Origin: Tubiluchus corallicola
Lineage: Eukaryota; Animalia; Priapulida
Reading direction: 5' to 3'
Assembly: GCA_030141605.1 (NCBI GenBank)
Contig: JAQGDQ010000011.1
Location: 926,066-990,065, forward strand
DNA: 64,000 nucleotides
Positions 16,131-28,800 of this stretch are shown piece after piece. Within the stretch, counting starts at the first letter, position 1; each line of letters starts with the position of its first letter. Both the position numbers and the translations under genes were made by a program. The notes under the pieces were generated by a model. The model did no database searches. It was given only the letters and a program-made list of their open reading frames with translations, and had not been told where the DNA came from.

Positions 16131-18354
16131 TTTTATATACCCATTCTAACTAACATGTTCTTGTATATAATCTCATGTTTTCTGCAAACTAACCCGCTGC
16201 GTTTTTACTGGACAGGACAACTTTGCAACTGATTAAGACGTAAGTAACTGATTGAAACTGCAACCTATCCATACAACGCAACGAAAATGTATTAAGACTG
16301 TATTTGAGCCTAGTAAACCACTTGATCAGAAATATACTAATAAGCAATTAAATTTGGTATCTTTTATAAAATAATACAAATAATTAGTAATGTTGATAAC
16401 AATTCGCTATGAGCTGTTGTATACAAATTGTCAATTGAACTACTTATGTATTTGTAATTGCACTCCTAATATACATTACTGAACAATTTGTGTGCTTAAA
16501 AATTGTATACGTCTGCCCTGCTATTGCACGGCTTGACTTGTGTACATTATGTATTTTCTGACTAAAATGTTTATAATAATAAGTAGACCACTGTTTATGA
16601 CAAAGTCATAAACTTAAGATTCTGCATTACGACCAAAACTGCAAATGCTGACTGTGAAAAATCTTTGCTGACTTGATCTTTGTCTCAAACTCATAATTTT
16701 GCTATTACTAAATTCTCCTTGCTTGATTACCTGGGAAATCGTTTTATTGTAACCCATTTGTTTTAACACTTTTCCCATGTCATGTGGCCTGACGACACCC
16801 AATTATCCTTAATAACCTACCCATACATTAAAAAACACAAGTTCTAGCCAAATACTGAAAGTGGAGCACAGAGATAGAGCCATTAACCATAATTTTTACA
16901 TTTTGACTCCTGCTGCTGTAACCTTTGACGCAGAGGTCACCATCCCATTTGTGATTGCGTCTATCAGGTACCTACCCTGCAAGTTTCGTGATACTAGCTT
17001 TTGTACTTATGGAGATATTGGCAAGACACCATTTTAACACTTTCGCCTATGTTACTTGACCTGTCGACGCCCAGTTTTCTTAGTACACATCTACGTTCAA
17101 CCGCCCACCCATACGTGTAATAACGTAGACTTTTAGTTCAATACTGTAGGTGTTGTTGAGTGACAAAGTCATTGGTCCTAATTTTCACATTATGGGTCCT
17201 GCTGCTCTGAACTTTGACCCAGAGATGCTTCTGCCTGGGGAAGATGGAAGGCGGGCATTTCTCCAGGAGAGCTAGGAGCAGGGCACCTGATTCGTGCTCC
17301 ACCTGGGGAAGATGGAAGGAAGGCATTCCCCGAGGTGAGCTTGTCCTGTTCTATCTTGTCTCGTCAATTATATATAAAAAAAATCATATAACTAAGCAAA
17401 GTACCGACTGACAAACCAATAGGCAGGAAACTGACAACGAAGCTCAAAAACTTCAAGCTTATAAACAAAACTAGCGACTCCGTCAGATTAATAATAGGTT
17501 AGTGCTACTGCGATGAATCAATGAACGATCAATGAAAAGCAGCGAAAACCGGCAACAAACAGTAGCAAAGCTTAACACCTTACAACGCGTTGCGTAAAAT
17601 CTCGAAGAATGGCAACATTTTCATCTTGGGGTATTTTAACTCTCACACTGGTTCACATTTCGTACAAAAAGATGGTTCTAAATGTTTACCCTTTCAAAAA
17701 CTATGTATGCCGAAAAACTGACACTCATAAACCATGTGAATATTGCAAACATCTTCTAGATCTTTGCATTTGTTTGGGTTTAAAATTTTAAATAACATAA
17801 CGTTCAACGATTATTTTGGTGGCTACACATGCTTCAATTATCAAGGAAAATTGTCGTTGATTATGTGCTTTGTGATTCCATGATCAGATTTAGTAGACTA
17901 TAAGCACATTAGTGACTTCATAACCTTTTTCGACAACTGTAAACCGTCAGTGTTATTCCACGTAGCCTACAATTCAATTCTCATTAATCATCATCATCAT
18001 GGTCAATAATAATCATAATAAATCCCCGTATGTTTTAAATTGCGACCGCAATATAAAGAAATTTTATTTCTACTTTACATTGATCACTACTTTAAAAGGC
18101 TAATATTATTGCTCATTTTAAAAATTCTAGCATCAATGATAACTTGATTTGATTTGCAAAATGATACCGCAAAGCAGCCGTTACCCACAAAAAGGGTTTT
18201 TCGTTATAAAAAATCATCTCTTAAAAAGTGGATAAAGTTGATTTCATTGACTACATTACTTGAATACATAGGAACTGCAACTCTCAATGATGCGACAACT
18301 TGTAACTTTTCAATCCGTGACCCATGAGTCAAAGGTCCACCTATTGCAGCACAA

Positions 18355-18720
18355 TTTACACCATTCAATTTGTCTGTATGAGATCTTTCATTTGATACAC
18401 TACAAGCTAGATTCGGTTGATACTGGAAGACATTAGTTTACATTCGACTTCTGTTTTGCTCTTACTGAGGTTAGAGATCAACCAATCTAGAAGTAATTTT
18501 TTACCATTCAATTCGTCTCATTGAGACCTTTCATTTGATATACTACAAGCTACTTTTGGTGGACACTGGGAGGCAATTGTTTCCTCTACCCCTATTTTGC
18601 CTCATAGCGGGGTCGCAGGTTAACCAGTCTCATGGTAATCTATGTTATTCGATGCGCCTCATCGAGGACTTTCATTTGATATGCTGCAAGGTACTGTTGT
18701 TCGACACTCGATGAATTTCT
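18355..18720. repeat. Diverged ~140-bp tandem subrepeats (3 copies)
   Basis: CTTTCATTTGATA(C/T)(A/G)CT(A/G)CAAG recurs at ~18385, ~18528 and ~18669. Confidence 0.7.
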
Positions 18721-19919
18721 GTTCCCGACCACCATTTTTCGGTTATTGTCCCCTAGCGGAAAATTTTCCTACACACGCAGGTCCCATATTTTGTGATGCA
18801 CAAGGACGGGACCCAACCTAGCCACACACTAAAAATTGCGGCTCTAGCTATAAAACTATAGGAGCAGATGGAACATAAAGAAAAATAAGTGAAGATCCAT
18901 CCACTTCATGCCCAGTAGACACTCTATGACTTTTGATAAAACCAATAGCAATATATGACGTAGAGGTGTGTGTGTGTGTGGTGGTGGTGGGGGGGGGGGG
19001 GTATGTTGTAATTTTGCACTATCTTGCGCAGCCATTTTAACGGTAAGCCAATTGAAACAAGTTTAAATAACATCGCGTAAAGTTTGAAACAAATTCGTTG
19101 CACACTTTTCACTAGCTAAGCTAAAGTGTAAATTATTTTATAATGTTAATAAGAACAACAACGAGTTTTTGTGATCCGGTGGTACACACTGGAATGGTGG
19201 TACAGTGCCTATTTTACCAGGTAGCGGGAATATTTTAAATTATTAATAATAAATTTTTCTTTTCTAGTTACATGAGTCCTTCAAACTGGTAAGAGTAATG
19301 CTATGCAATATAACTTTTTATCGAAAGTTCTTTGGGAATTGATTTATAATTCCGTTAAAGTAAAACAAGAGAACAAGTTGCTTTGCTACACGAACATTTT
19401 CTTTTAGAAGTATTGTTATGCAGTCAGTCAGTGAAAAGCAAAGCTGTGATGAAAGTCAAAATTAGTAATTGAACTAGCAATTAGCTGCAAAAATTACCTT
19501 CATTAGAGCATTCATTGAACCACCATGACAGCTATCTACACTTTGCCCTGCAAGCTAGTGTGTTACTAGGTGTCCTGAGTAAACATTAGGCTGTAAATAA
19601 CGGAGAACTACATAAAAGTAAAAACGTACACAAAGTTACGAATTTTCAGATCTCCAATAACTTCACTTTTAGCATCTGTTCAGTTTTGCATCTTTTCCAT
19701 CTCTAGTAACCTTAGATTTTATGACACTAACTTCAATTTAACTGCATGCATTACAAAACATCGCGATGTAGGCCTGAAATCTGAAACATGATATACCAGA
19801 GAGGAAAACGAAATTAACTGCTACATTAAATTCAACAATTTTGAAGTATGAAACTTGGAATTTTTTATTGAACCGATGACAAGTTCAGTAGTCGTGTTTT
19901 GAAGATAAAAAACAGGGAG

Positions 19920-20105
19920 TCTAAAATAGAAAAAGACAGCCTGGTCTTCTGAAATGAAATAAGGCATCCTGGTATTCTAAAATGAAGTAAGACAACCTGG
20001 TATTCTAAAATTAAATAAGACATCTTGGTATTTTAAAATGAAATAAGTCATCCTGGTATTTTAGAATGAAATAAGCCAACCTGGTATTCTAAAATGAAAT
20101 AAGGC
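19920..20105. repeat. 28-bp minisatellite, ~6 copies
   Basis: Unit CTGGTATTCTAAAATGAAATAAGNCANC with period 28 (19941, 19969, ...). Confidence 0.9.
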
Positions 20106-21273
20106 TGCCAAATTAGTATTAACAAAACATCAAATATAGTTTGAAGACCTAGTGCCATCCTCATTAAAACAAATTTATTTTATCAATAATTATTACAAAC
20201 ACGTTGTTTAAACAGCTTTACATTATTGAATTGAAATGCCCAAAACTTATATTGAATATGCAATGTACTTTCAGTTACCCTTCCGGACCTTTTCAGTTAT
20301 GGATTTTTAAAATTTAGTATTTTACTAAATGCTTGAGGTGTTTCATAACGTTTAGAATATTTGTTAATGGATTAGATTTATAGAATTGAAAATTACACTA
20401 GGTGCTTGCTAGAAATGAATATGTAATAAACGTCCTTTATTGTAATACAGGAAACAGCTAACGCATAATGTAATAAAATCAGCGCATAATGTAAGACTCA
20501 AAAACGCATTATGTAATAACCCAACGTTTATGACATATTGTAACACCACAAAGCGCATACTGTAATAACAAAAATTCTAATTGATAATGTAATAACTAGC
20601 TGAATTAATGTTAATTGCTACCAGTGGTGTAGTGTTGTTGGAGTGCTGAACTGGTGCGTTTCCTTACTCCGTTTGGAAGAGGGAGCTCCTCACTATTTCA
20701 TGTTGACTTTAACTGACACTTCTCGTATAGTTTGTCTAGTCCTGCGTAGCCCTGTAACAATATTCTGGCGAAAATGTCTCTAAATACAACAGTTAACCCA
20801 GTGTAGCATTATGTCAAAAATAATGAAACAGTTATAATTTGGACAAGTTCGTGTGTTCGTTATAATAACCAGTAAATCATCTGCTCCGGCTCATCCAACA
20901 AGCCAGCAGCTGTTCACTTGGGACTATAGGCAGCTGCTTATATTATTCATTCATTTCAGACATAACCTATTGTTAAAAATACAAGCAACTACTGATCAAT
21001 GATTAGGCCAATGTTCAAAAGTACATTAATTTTGATTTGTGATGATCTTCATTGGAAGCGGGTAACGTAAAAGTTCAATAAAGTTCTTTAACGAATTTCA
21101 AGTTTTATTTGTGTAAATACTTTGCAGGTTAACTGCATCAAATTTGATCCTTTCTGGCTGCTGATCATATATGATAGTCAAAGAGAAGATGTAGGCTCCT
21201 CCGCAAGTGTCGTCTTGTGTAAAATTAAGTGTGGTCTTGTGTCAGTTGTACACAGCTCAAAGGAAGGCTAAAT

Positions 21274-21443
<170 letters not shown>

Positions 21444-22379
21444 ACTACTTATAACACACCTCAAAGTTATTGGGTTTAACTTGATGCGCCAATGAATCAG
21501 CCTGTCATGAATTGAGAAGAAAGCAAAAATGAACAACAACAGCAATATCGTAACATAACAAAGCATATTGGAAGCAACGAGCTTATTTGAGTAAGTGAGC
21601 TTCCTAGTGATCCATTGAATCGAGGGGCTAATGTGCACCCACCTTTATATTCCAAAAAACAGAATTATTTTGCTAGATAAGAAAATTGTAGCAAGTAACA
21701 TTTATTCTACTAATTATTACACTATCGGTTAGAATTTTTGTTATTACGTTATGCGTTTCGTGGTGTTACAATAAGCGTTAGCGTTCAGGTCATTACATAA
21801 TGCGTTTCGAGGTTCTTACATTACGCATTAGTTTTTTACTAAATTATCAATATGTTTTTTACATTATCGGTTATTTATAACGTTATGCGTTGATTTTTTA
21901 TTACAATAAGCGTTACTTTTTTGGTATTACACAATATCACACGTCTATTACATTATCAGTTGTTACAGTGCTGAAACTAGTCTGTAGTTTTTAAACGCGG
22001 TTCTACTAATATCTGATACCTGAAAAGTGCCTTATTGGAATATAGAAATAGAAGGAATGAGGACTACTTTTAATTACTTTAGCACGGTATGTGGGTGAGT
22101 AATCTTCATTAGCACCCAAAACATTCTTTAGATTTCATTAGCGTGGTGACATAAAGGTGAAAGGGTTAGTGCAAGTCAAACATCCGTTGAAGGCGTGGAA
22201 GGGCGTGTCAGGACGTTGGGTGTGCCCAGCATCGAAAGCAGGCTAACAAACAGACCTTTCTGCACTGTGCCAGAAAACTAGTGTTTTTATGATTTCAAGC
22301 ACAGCGGCCATTTTCTGTGTTTGCGTGCTCTAAGCTGACAACAAAACGAATTGTGTCAGACAAGGTGATCTCTGATAAA

Positions 22380-22848
22380 ATGAAAAGTTTCAGCCTAGGA
22401 TTAGAAATAATGATGAATTCTCACAATAAGAATGTCAACTGTAAGTACTTACATAAGCTGTGTACTCAAAAATTTATTTTTAATACATTTCAATACACTG
22501 CATGCCGGAAAGCACTCACAGACAAGGCCTAGCTCAAGCACGTGTTTGTGACGCCATCGCAGCTTGGCTCACTATCAAGGATAATTCTTTAGACGAGCCA
22601 CTGAACCAGTAGAGATGTTTTAGCCACTTTTAGATGTGAAATACATCGTATCAAATGTAGCTTATCAGCTGAAGAGCTCTGAGGGTAATCGAATCCGTTT
22701 ATTCTAAACATAAGTCGTGAAAGGATTGTCATTTGTTAGTGAGTGAAACGTACAGCTTTCGTTTTTCCTAACATTTTTGATAATTTACTTATTAGGTGTT
22801 TACGGTTTATTTTTATGTTATACAACATGTGCTTTGACTAATTTCTAC

Positions 22849-22880
<32 letters not shown>

Positions 22881-25800
22881 TTTATCAATAATCAATAATG
22901 AATAGTCTTCATTGTTTCAAACTATTGTGTATGAACGGATATTACAGTACATATTTATATTCTATTTTTCAGGCGCTCTGTGGCTAATAGTAATCTGTAT
23001 CACAATGACGGACGCACTGGTAAGTTTGTTAAGAACAAAAACAAAGCACCAATAATAATAATAATCTTTATTTAAAATCGGTTTCTGATGAACAATTAAC
23101 ATAAGGTCAAAGAGTTTTTGCCGACTGTAAATACAAATCTACAACTATATAACAGAGACGATTATTACCTCGCTTTACCGTAAATACCACGCGCCAGGCA
23201 GGACCATAACAAGTACTATTTTATTTTATTTTATTTTGTCAGATTTCACAGGCGTCGGATCTGTTCACCTGTGTGTTGCCTTTTGACTCGAGTCAAACTT
23301 GCCAAATTCCAAATTCTTCCGTAAAGATACGGCATCCGTCAATTCCGTGGGAACTGGATTTCTCCAGACCCAACAAAACTCGCCTTTTCGATACCGTAAA
23401 GGTACGGTATCCACCGGCTAGTCATAGAGTAGTCGGATTTCCCCTAGGTATAAACCTTTCACACGTTTGGATGTAAGAACTCGAGTGGTAACATCCTGCG
23501 CAGGAGATGACCTAGGTCTCCCTCCTTTGCCTTCCCAGGAACTTTCTAAACACCATACATGAGCCTCTAATCGCCGAGCGGACTAGTTTGGCTCTGACGT
23601 TCAGAAGACCGAGTGTCTTCAGGAGAACGTCGTTCTCTCCTCCTGCCCATTCCCCACGAAAGCCCACACAGATGCCGTGCGACGAGGCAGTGGCAGAGCC
23701 GCACCGCTGTTTGACGGCATCGAGGATCGGTTCGTACTTCAGGGCCTTCTCCCTGCACCTGGCCCTAAGCGAGTAGATGTTTCCTGCTGCCGAGATGGTC
23801 GGATCGATAACGTACGTATGACCACCTTTGGTCGCCAGGATGTCGGGGTGGTACCTTGTTCTGTTGATCTCGAACCAAGGTTCCCTGACGACCGTAAAGC
23901 CCTGCCCCTTCAAGGCTTCGGCGAGCACCTCGCACAGTGCATTGTGCCTTCGTGATATGGCATTGTTTACTGTTATGCACTGTTGAAGTACGTGAACCTG
24001 ACTCTCTGCATGTCTCCCGCACCTGCGACATCTCCTGAGTGCATTGGGTTGTCCTCTCGTGGTGTTAACTCTAACTGGTAGAGAGTTGGTGATCATCTTG
24101 AGAACCAAGATATAATCACCCCCGCTCAGGAGTGTGCTGCTACGTAGGTAATGGGTACTCAGTGGGTCAGCAGACACGGCTGCAAAACCCTTCCCATGCA
24201 CTTTACCGTTGAATGCCGATAGATGTCTGCGATCGTTATCCCTTTTTGCACGATTTATGTCTTTTGCGTTACTGTAGGCTTCGAGGCTCGCCACCCTCTT
24301 AGCCCACGCAAGCTCCCTATTCCACACTGGAGCAGATGCACTCATGTTCACCAGCGGATCTGGTGAGGCCTGCAATCGGCTGAGCATCTTGACTTTCATC
24401 AAAGGAACATCCTTTTCAAGACAAGAAAATCCCAGCCCTCCCTTCTTCATTGGCATGTAGAAGAATGCATTCGGGACATCCGTCGCCATATGAAGTATAC
24501 GTTTTAGGCTTGATCTTATAAGCCTGTCTGCTCCCTTGAGGCCATTCATATGAACCTCACATATACGGAAGTGGTATGTCAGACGCGGAATCACATATTG
24601 TCTGATCATATCCACCTTTTGTTGAGGTTTGAGTGGTGCCCCTTCCACTCTTATAAGCCATGGTTTAAGGGGCTTGGTGTCCATGGTGGGTCGTCCCTTA
24701 GCAGTCATAGGAATTCCCAGGTATTTGTATGCATCACTGACTACCAGCATTGGAATAGGAGTCTGGCTGATCTCCCATGTGGGTTCTATTAGCACTTTCA
24801 TAGCCTTTCGCCGGTATGCCTTGACTAGTCTCATGGCTTTGCATTTGTTGGCGTTTAAAGCCATGCCTCGTTTCGTGAAGAAGCCATTGGCTGTCTCCAA
24901 CAAAACTCCCATGCCATGTTTTGAGCCTGACATTAGGACTAGGTCGTCAGCAAAACCAACTATAGCCACTTGGTGCTCGTCAATCCCATAGCCAAATCGA
25001 GAACCGACTTTCGAGATCAGTTCGTCGATTACCAGGTTGAAAAGCAGGGGTGATAGCGGGCATCCCTGCTTAACACCTGATGTGATGCTAATACGGCGGG
25101 TATTTGCTTCCGGTATCGATATCCGTGTAGCAGCACCCGTATACATATCCCCAATGATTTGCTGAACCTGCTCTGGAAGGCCGAACCTTCGCATTGCCCT
25201 CACGATCGAGGTGTGAGGAACCGTGTCAAACGCCTTTGCTAAGTCGAGGAATGCGATGTTTAATTCCCTATGACTTGCTCGGGCATGCCGAATCACGGTG
25301 TTTAGGAGAGTCAGGTTTTCGGAACAGCCGTCTCTTGGTTGGAAGGCTCTCTGGAGTGGGTTGAGCTTGACCGTTGCCTGGATTCTGGTGGTTAGAATCT
25401 TGGCATACCACCTGAGCAATAGGGATCCGATTGTGATAGGCCGCCAGTTACTGACGTCCTGCAAGCCCTCAGCAGACTTGGGGAGGAGGGTGGTACGGCA
25501 TTCCTTCAGGCTGTTTGGGACCTTCTTTAGGAATTGCCATACCTTGAAAACAAGTGTTATCGCACCCTTGCTTACCCTCCGGAGGGCTTGCATCGTGACC
25601 CCCCTATCCGGACCTGGAGACGAATTGGACTTCATGGCTTTGAATGTTTTTGCCACTTCCTCTTGTGCTATGGGAGCACAGAGGCTGTTTGGATCTTCAC
25701 ACGGTTTAAAGTCCTCGATGGGTTCGTCGTCTGGTAGGGAAGGTTTCTCGAATCTCTGGATGTACGTTTGCTCTATGCAGTCAATGGGAGGATACTTGAC

Positions 25801-28800
25801 TTCCAGGGGTGCATCATCGAGTACGACATTCGCAAGCTTGCGTCTGTCTCTTTGATACAGTCTCTGGTACGTCTTATACCTTTCCCTCCTGCGTTTTTGG
25901 CAGTTAGCGGGTCGATCGGGAGCTCTCCTAACAGGACGAGGTCTGGCTGGTTGTGGACGGGCGTCCACCGGGAACCATGCCTCACTCAGTGCCTGAAAGG
26001 CCCCATCCAAATCGCCACCTCCCAATGCAGCTCTAGCGAATGCCAGAGCCGCAACCATGTCACTACGATTTTGCATATTTCCAGTTTCTATATCCCTTTC
26101 GATACTTTCTCTAAGTGTGTCCCGGTTTGCCAGCTGTTCCTCACCGGGTTCCCGGCTTGCCCTCACACCGGGTTGTGGTCCATCAACTCGATGCTCTCTC
26201 CCTGCCATTTCATTAACATTTACCTCGGCAGTTCTTAACCCATCTCTTAGAGTGCGGTAGCGTACAGACTTCCTCATTGTGGCTATGGCCCCAACTGTGC
26301 GGTGGGGCAGTTTCTCGTGGAGAAACATGTTGAGCCCCTTAACAGATGTTTCCCTTCCTAGGAACTCAAGTTCCTGTTCGGCCATTAGCCTCATTTCATC
26401 GTCCGTCCACAGGGTACCTGAACCACCTGCCCGTTTCTCCCTGGGTCGGCAGGGTGTGCACATCGACGATGCTGTTGGCATCCCGCATGAGTGTTAAAGG
26501 TACGGGAGCATTCTGGACAGCTGTGTGCACCACCCTGAGGCGGTTCAGTCCCCTCGCTTGCCACTCTCTGGGAGCAGTACCTGTAATGGGTACTAGCACT
26601 CGAGTATGATGGCCACAGTTTTTCACACTTCATACATTCAAATTCCAGCCTATGGACGCCCAATCCATGGCTAAACTTCACGTGCGATTTCGCCGACTTC
26701 CAGTCGGGAATCGCCTTCCCACACACAGGACAGCGGTCGCTGACCTGCGCAGGATATTTGAGTATAATCCGTTTATCAGTATCGTTGTCCTTTAACGTAC
26801 CATTAGTCGCCGTCGAGGTTTCTTGCGCAACCTCGCCGTTTCCCAAAACCAAGCCGGCTATATCATTATTGTTTTCTGTAACAGATTAATAGTTCTACCA
26901 TTTGGGGTTGTTAGCCCCTCATGGAGGGGTCCTATGCCGAGACCCAGCAGCTGGACAGTTTCTTCTCCTCCGCCCGACTGGGAGCCGGGCCGCCCTGAGG
27001 TATGGTGCGTCTCCTTAGCCATTAAAGTCTTTAGTATGACATGTCCTCAGTGTCGAACTTACGACCCCGAGATGGAGAATGGACACGTTACCACTAGACT
27101 ATATTATCTGGTGTCTGCCAAAAAGCTTCAAGCTTTCAGATAAAGGCTTTATTGATGGTAACAGCCTTTGAATACCATCACATACACGATTCTTCATGAA
27201 AAAATCCCACAATTGAAAAACAAGGAAAAACACGTTTCAAACCACCACTGTGATTTACCATTAGGTGAAATAAATAAAAAGACAAAATGTACCAGGGCAG
27301 ATTCTGACGATTGAGTTATGGTAAATAGTAAACGGGGTACGGTAAACTCTATACGGTAAACAGTCAGAACGGATATGATAAATAAAACTAGAGTATCGAA
27401 CCCAGTGATCATTCGTTCATTCATTCATTGAGCGACTCTAGTCGTCAAGTTCACGCTGACATAGCTTATCTGTTTTACTAATTTTGTGCATTTTTGTTTT
27501 TAGTTGATACACGGCAATGGAATAAAACTTTATGTAGCCCCGTCCGACTATTATAACCAAGCTGTTGGTGTAATAGATAAAGCTGAAGAAGCAGCCAAGT
27601 ATGCTAGACTGCCAATAAATGCACATGTGGGAGAACATTCACCTGTTGGAGAACCAAAAATTGCAAGTGAAAAAAGCCACAATGCTGGGGGAGAAAATGT
27701 GCCACTCATAGCTATGGACAGGATTAGAAGAACATTGCCAACACGGATAATTCGCAGCAGACGCATTGGTACAGACAATTTTCTTCGGCAGGGATACGGA
27801 CGTCCTTTTCTAAACGGCAATGATCGAACAGGTGATTTGCCCATAGTTATGAAGAAAGTCAATGGAGTGACATCACCTAATATTTTTAATGATGTTAATG
27901 ATGACATCACCATACATACAATTGATGAACGAGTCTTAAACTTTCGTGAAAATAAGCAAAACAAAGATATTGCCAATACAACAGGTTCTTCCCCAACTGC
28001 CACAGGAAATTTTAGTTCCCAAATTTCCACAGCAAGCAGTGAAAATCCAAATCCAAATGGAAGCATAGATTTGAGTAATATATCCGATATTAGTGACAAA
28101 GACGAAAACGTTGATATTCCACTTGATGACACTTCTATTATCCAGATGGAAATGAATGTTTCCAGGAATGAAAGTGAAGTGACAAGTGCAGCTACGCCAA
28201 CCGCACAAATGCATGAAATCAGTTTTCTAGAATTACTGAAGAGCAGCACAAAGAATTTGGCAGTAGCTAAAATCATGGAACTTTTGATGAGTATGTCTGA
28301 GTTACCAAAAGTTTTACAAAGGCCAAATGAAAATACCTCATTTATGGAAAATAAATTACCTGCCATTGAAACAGAGCCTAGTGAAGTTTCCGTAAGAAAC
28401 GTGGGAGTATTGGACAAGGATTCCGACAGCAAAACACAAATCGCAAAGACAACAGAAGACCTAGTTATGAAGGAAAACGAAGACAAATTTAGAATTGAAA
28501 CGATAAAAGCTGATGAAGTTGAAGAAAATGGAACGATGGTAATGAGAAAAGTTAATAACCCAAATTTCGATACTACTCAAACAATAACGGATGCAACAGA
28601 CAACAAATTAGAAAGGACAACTGTATTGGCAACTGTCACAGCGGAATCATTAAACACTATTAATGATGATACTTTTCTAATGTCAACAACCACAGATGGC
28701 AGCACAGACCTTGTTAACAGCATAAATGTTGACAATGAAGGTAATAAGATTGAAAGAGAAATGGTATTGATGCGGTCATTGTCTAATAGCTTAACTCAAC

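Larger units (their letters stand above)
23223..27022 (-). mobile_element. R2-clade (lineage A-like) non-LTR retrotransposon, ~3.8 kb, inserted in a SINE inside an intron rather than in rDNA
   Basis: GC-richer block with 3 N-terminal zinc fingers, Myb-like WTDDE, RT, CCHC knuckle and RLE. It has a ~290-nt hairpin-rich 3' UTR and an (AAAAT)n tail. Both ends are defined by the two SINE halves. Two frameshifts lie in the 5' coding region. Confidence 0.9.

Noticed and set aside
23051-23075. AATAAA + (ATT)n as the 3' end of the R2-like element
   Set aside because: The sequence from 23222 to 23051 aligns with the SINE at 961-1124, so this tail belongs to the SINE; the retrotransposon ends near 23223.
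23567-26626. Small overlapping ORFs inside the retrotransposon
   Set aside because: They are shadows of a GC-richer coding region with no recognisable domains.
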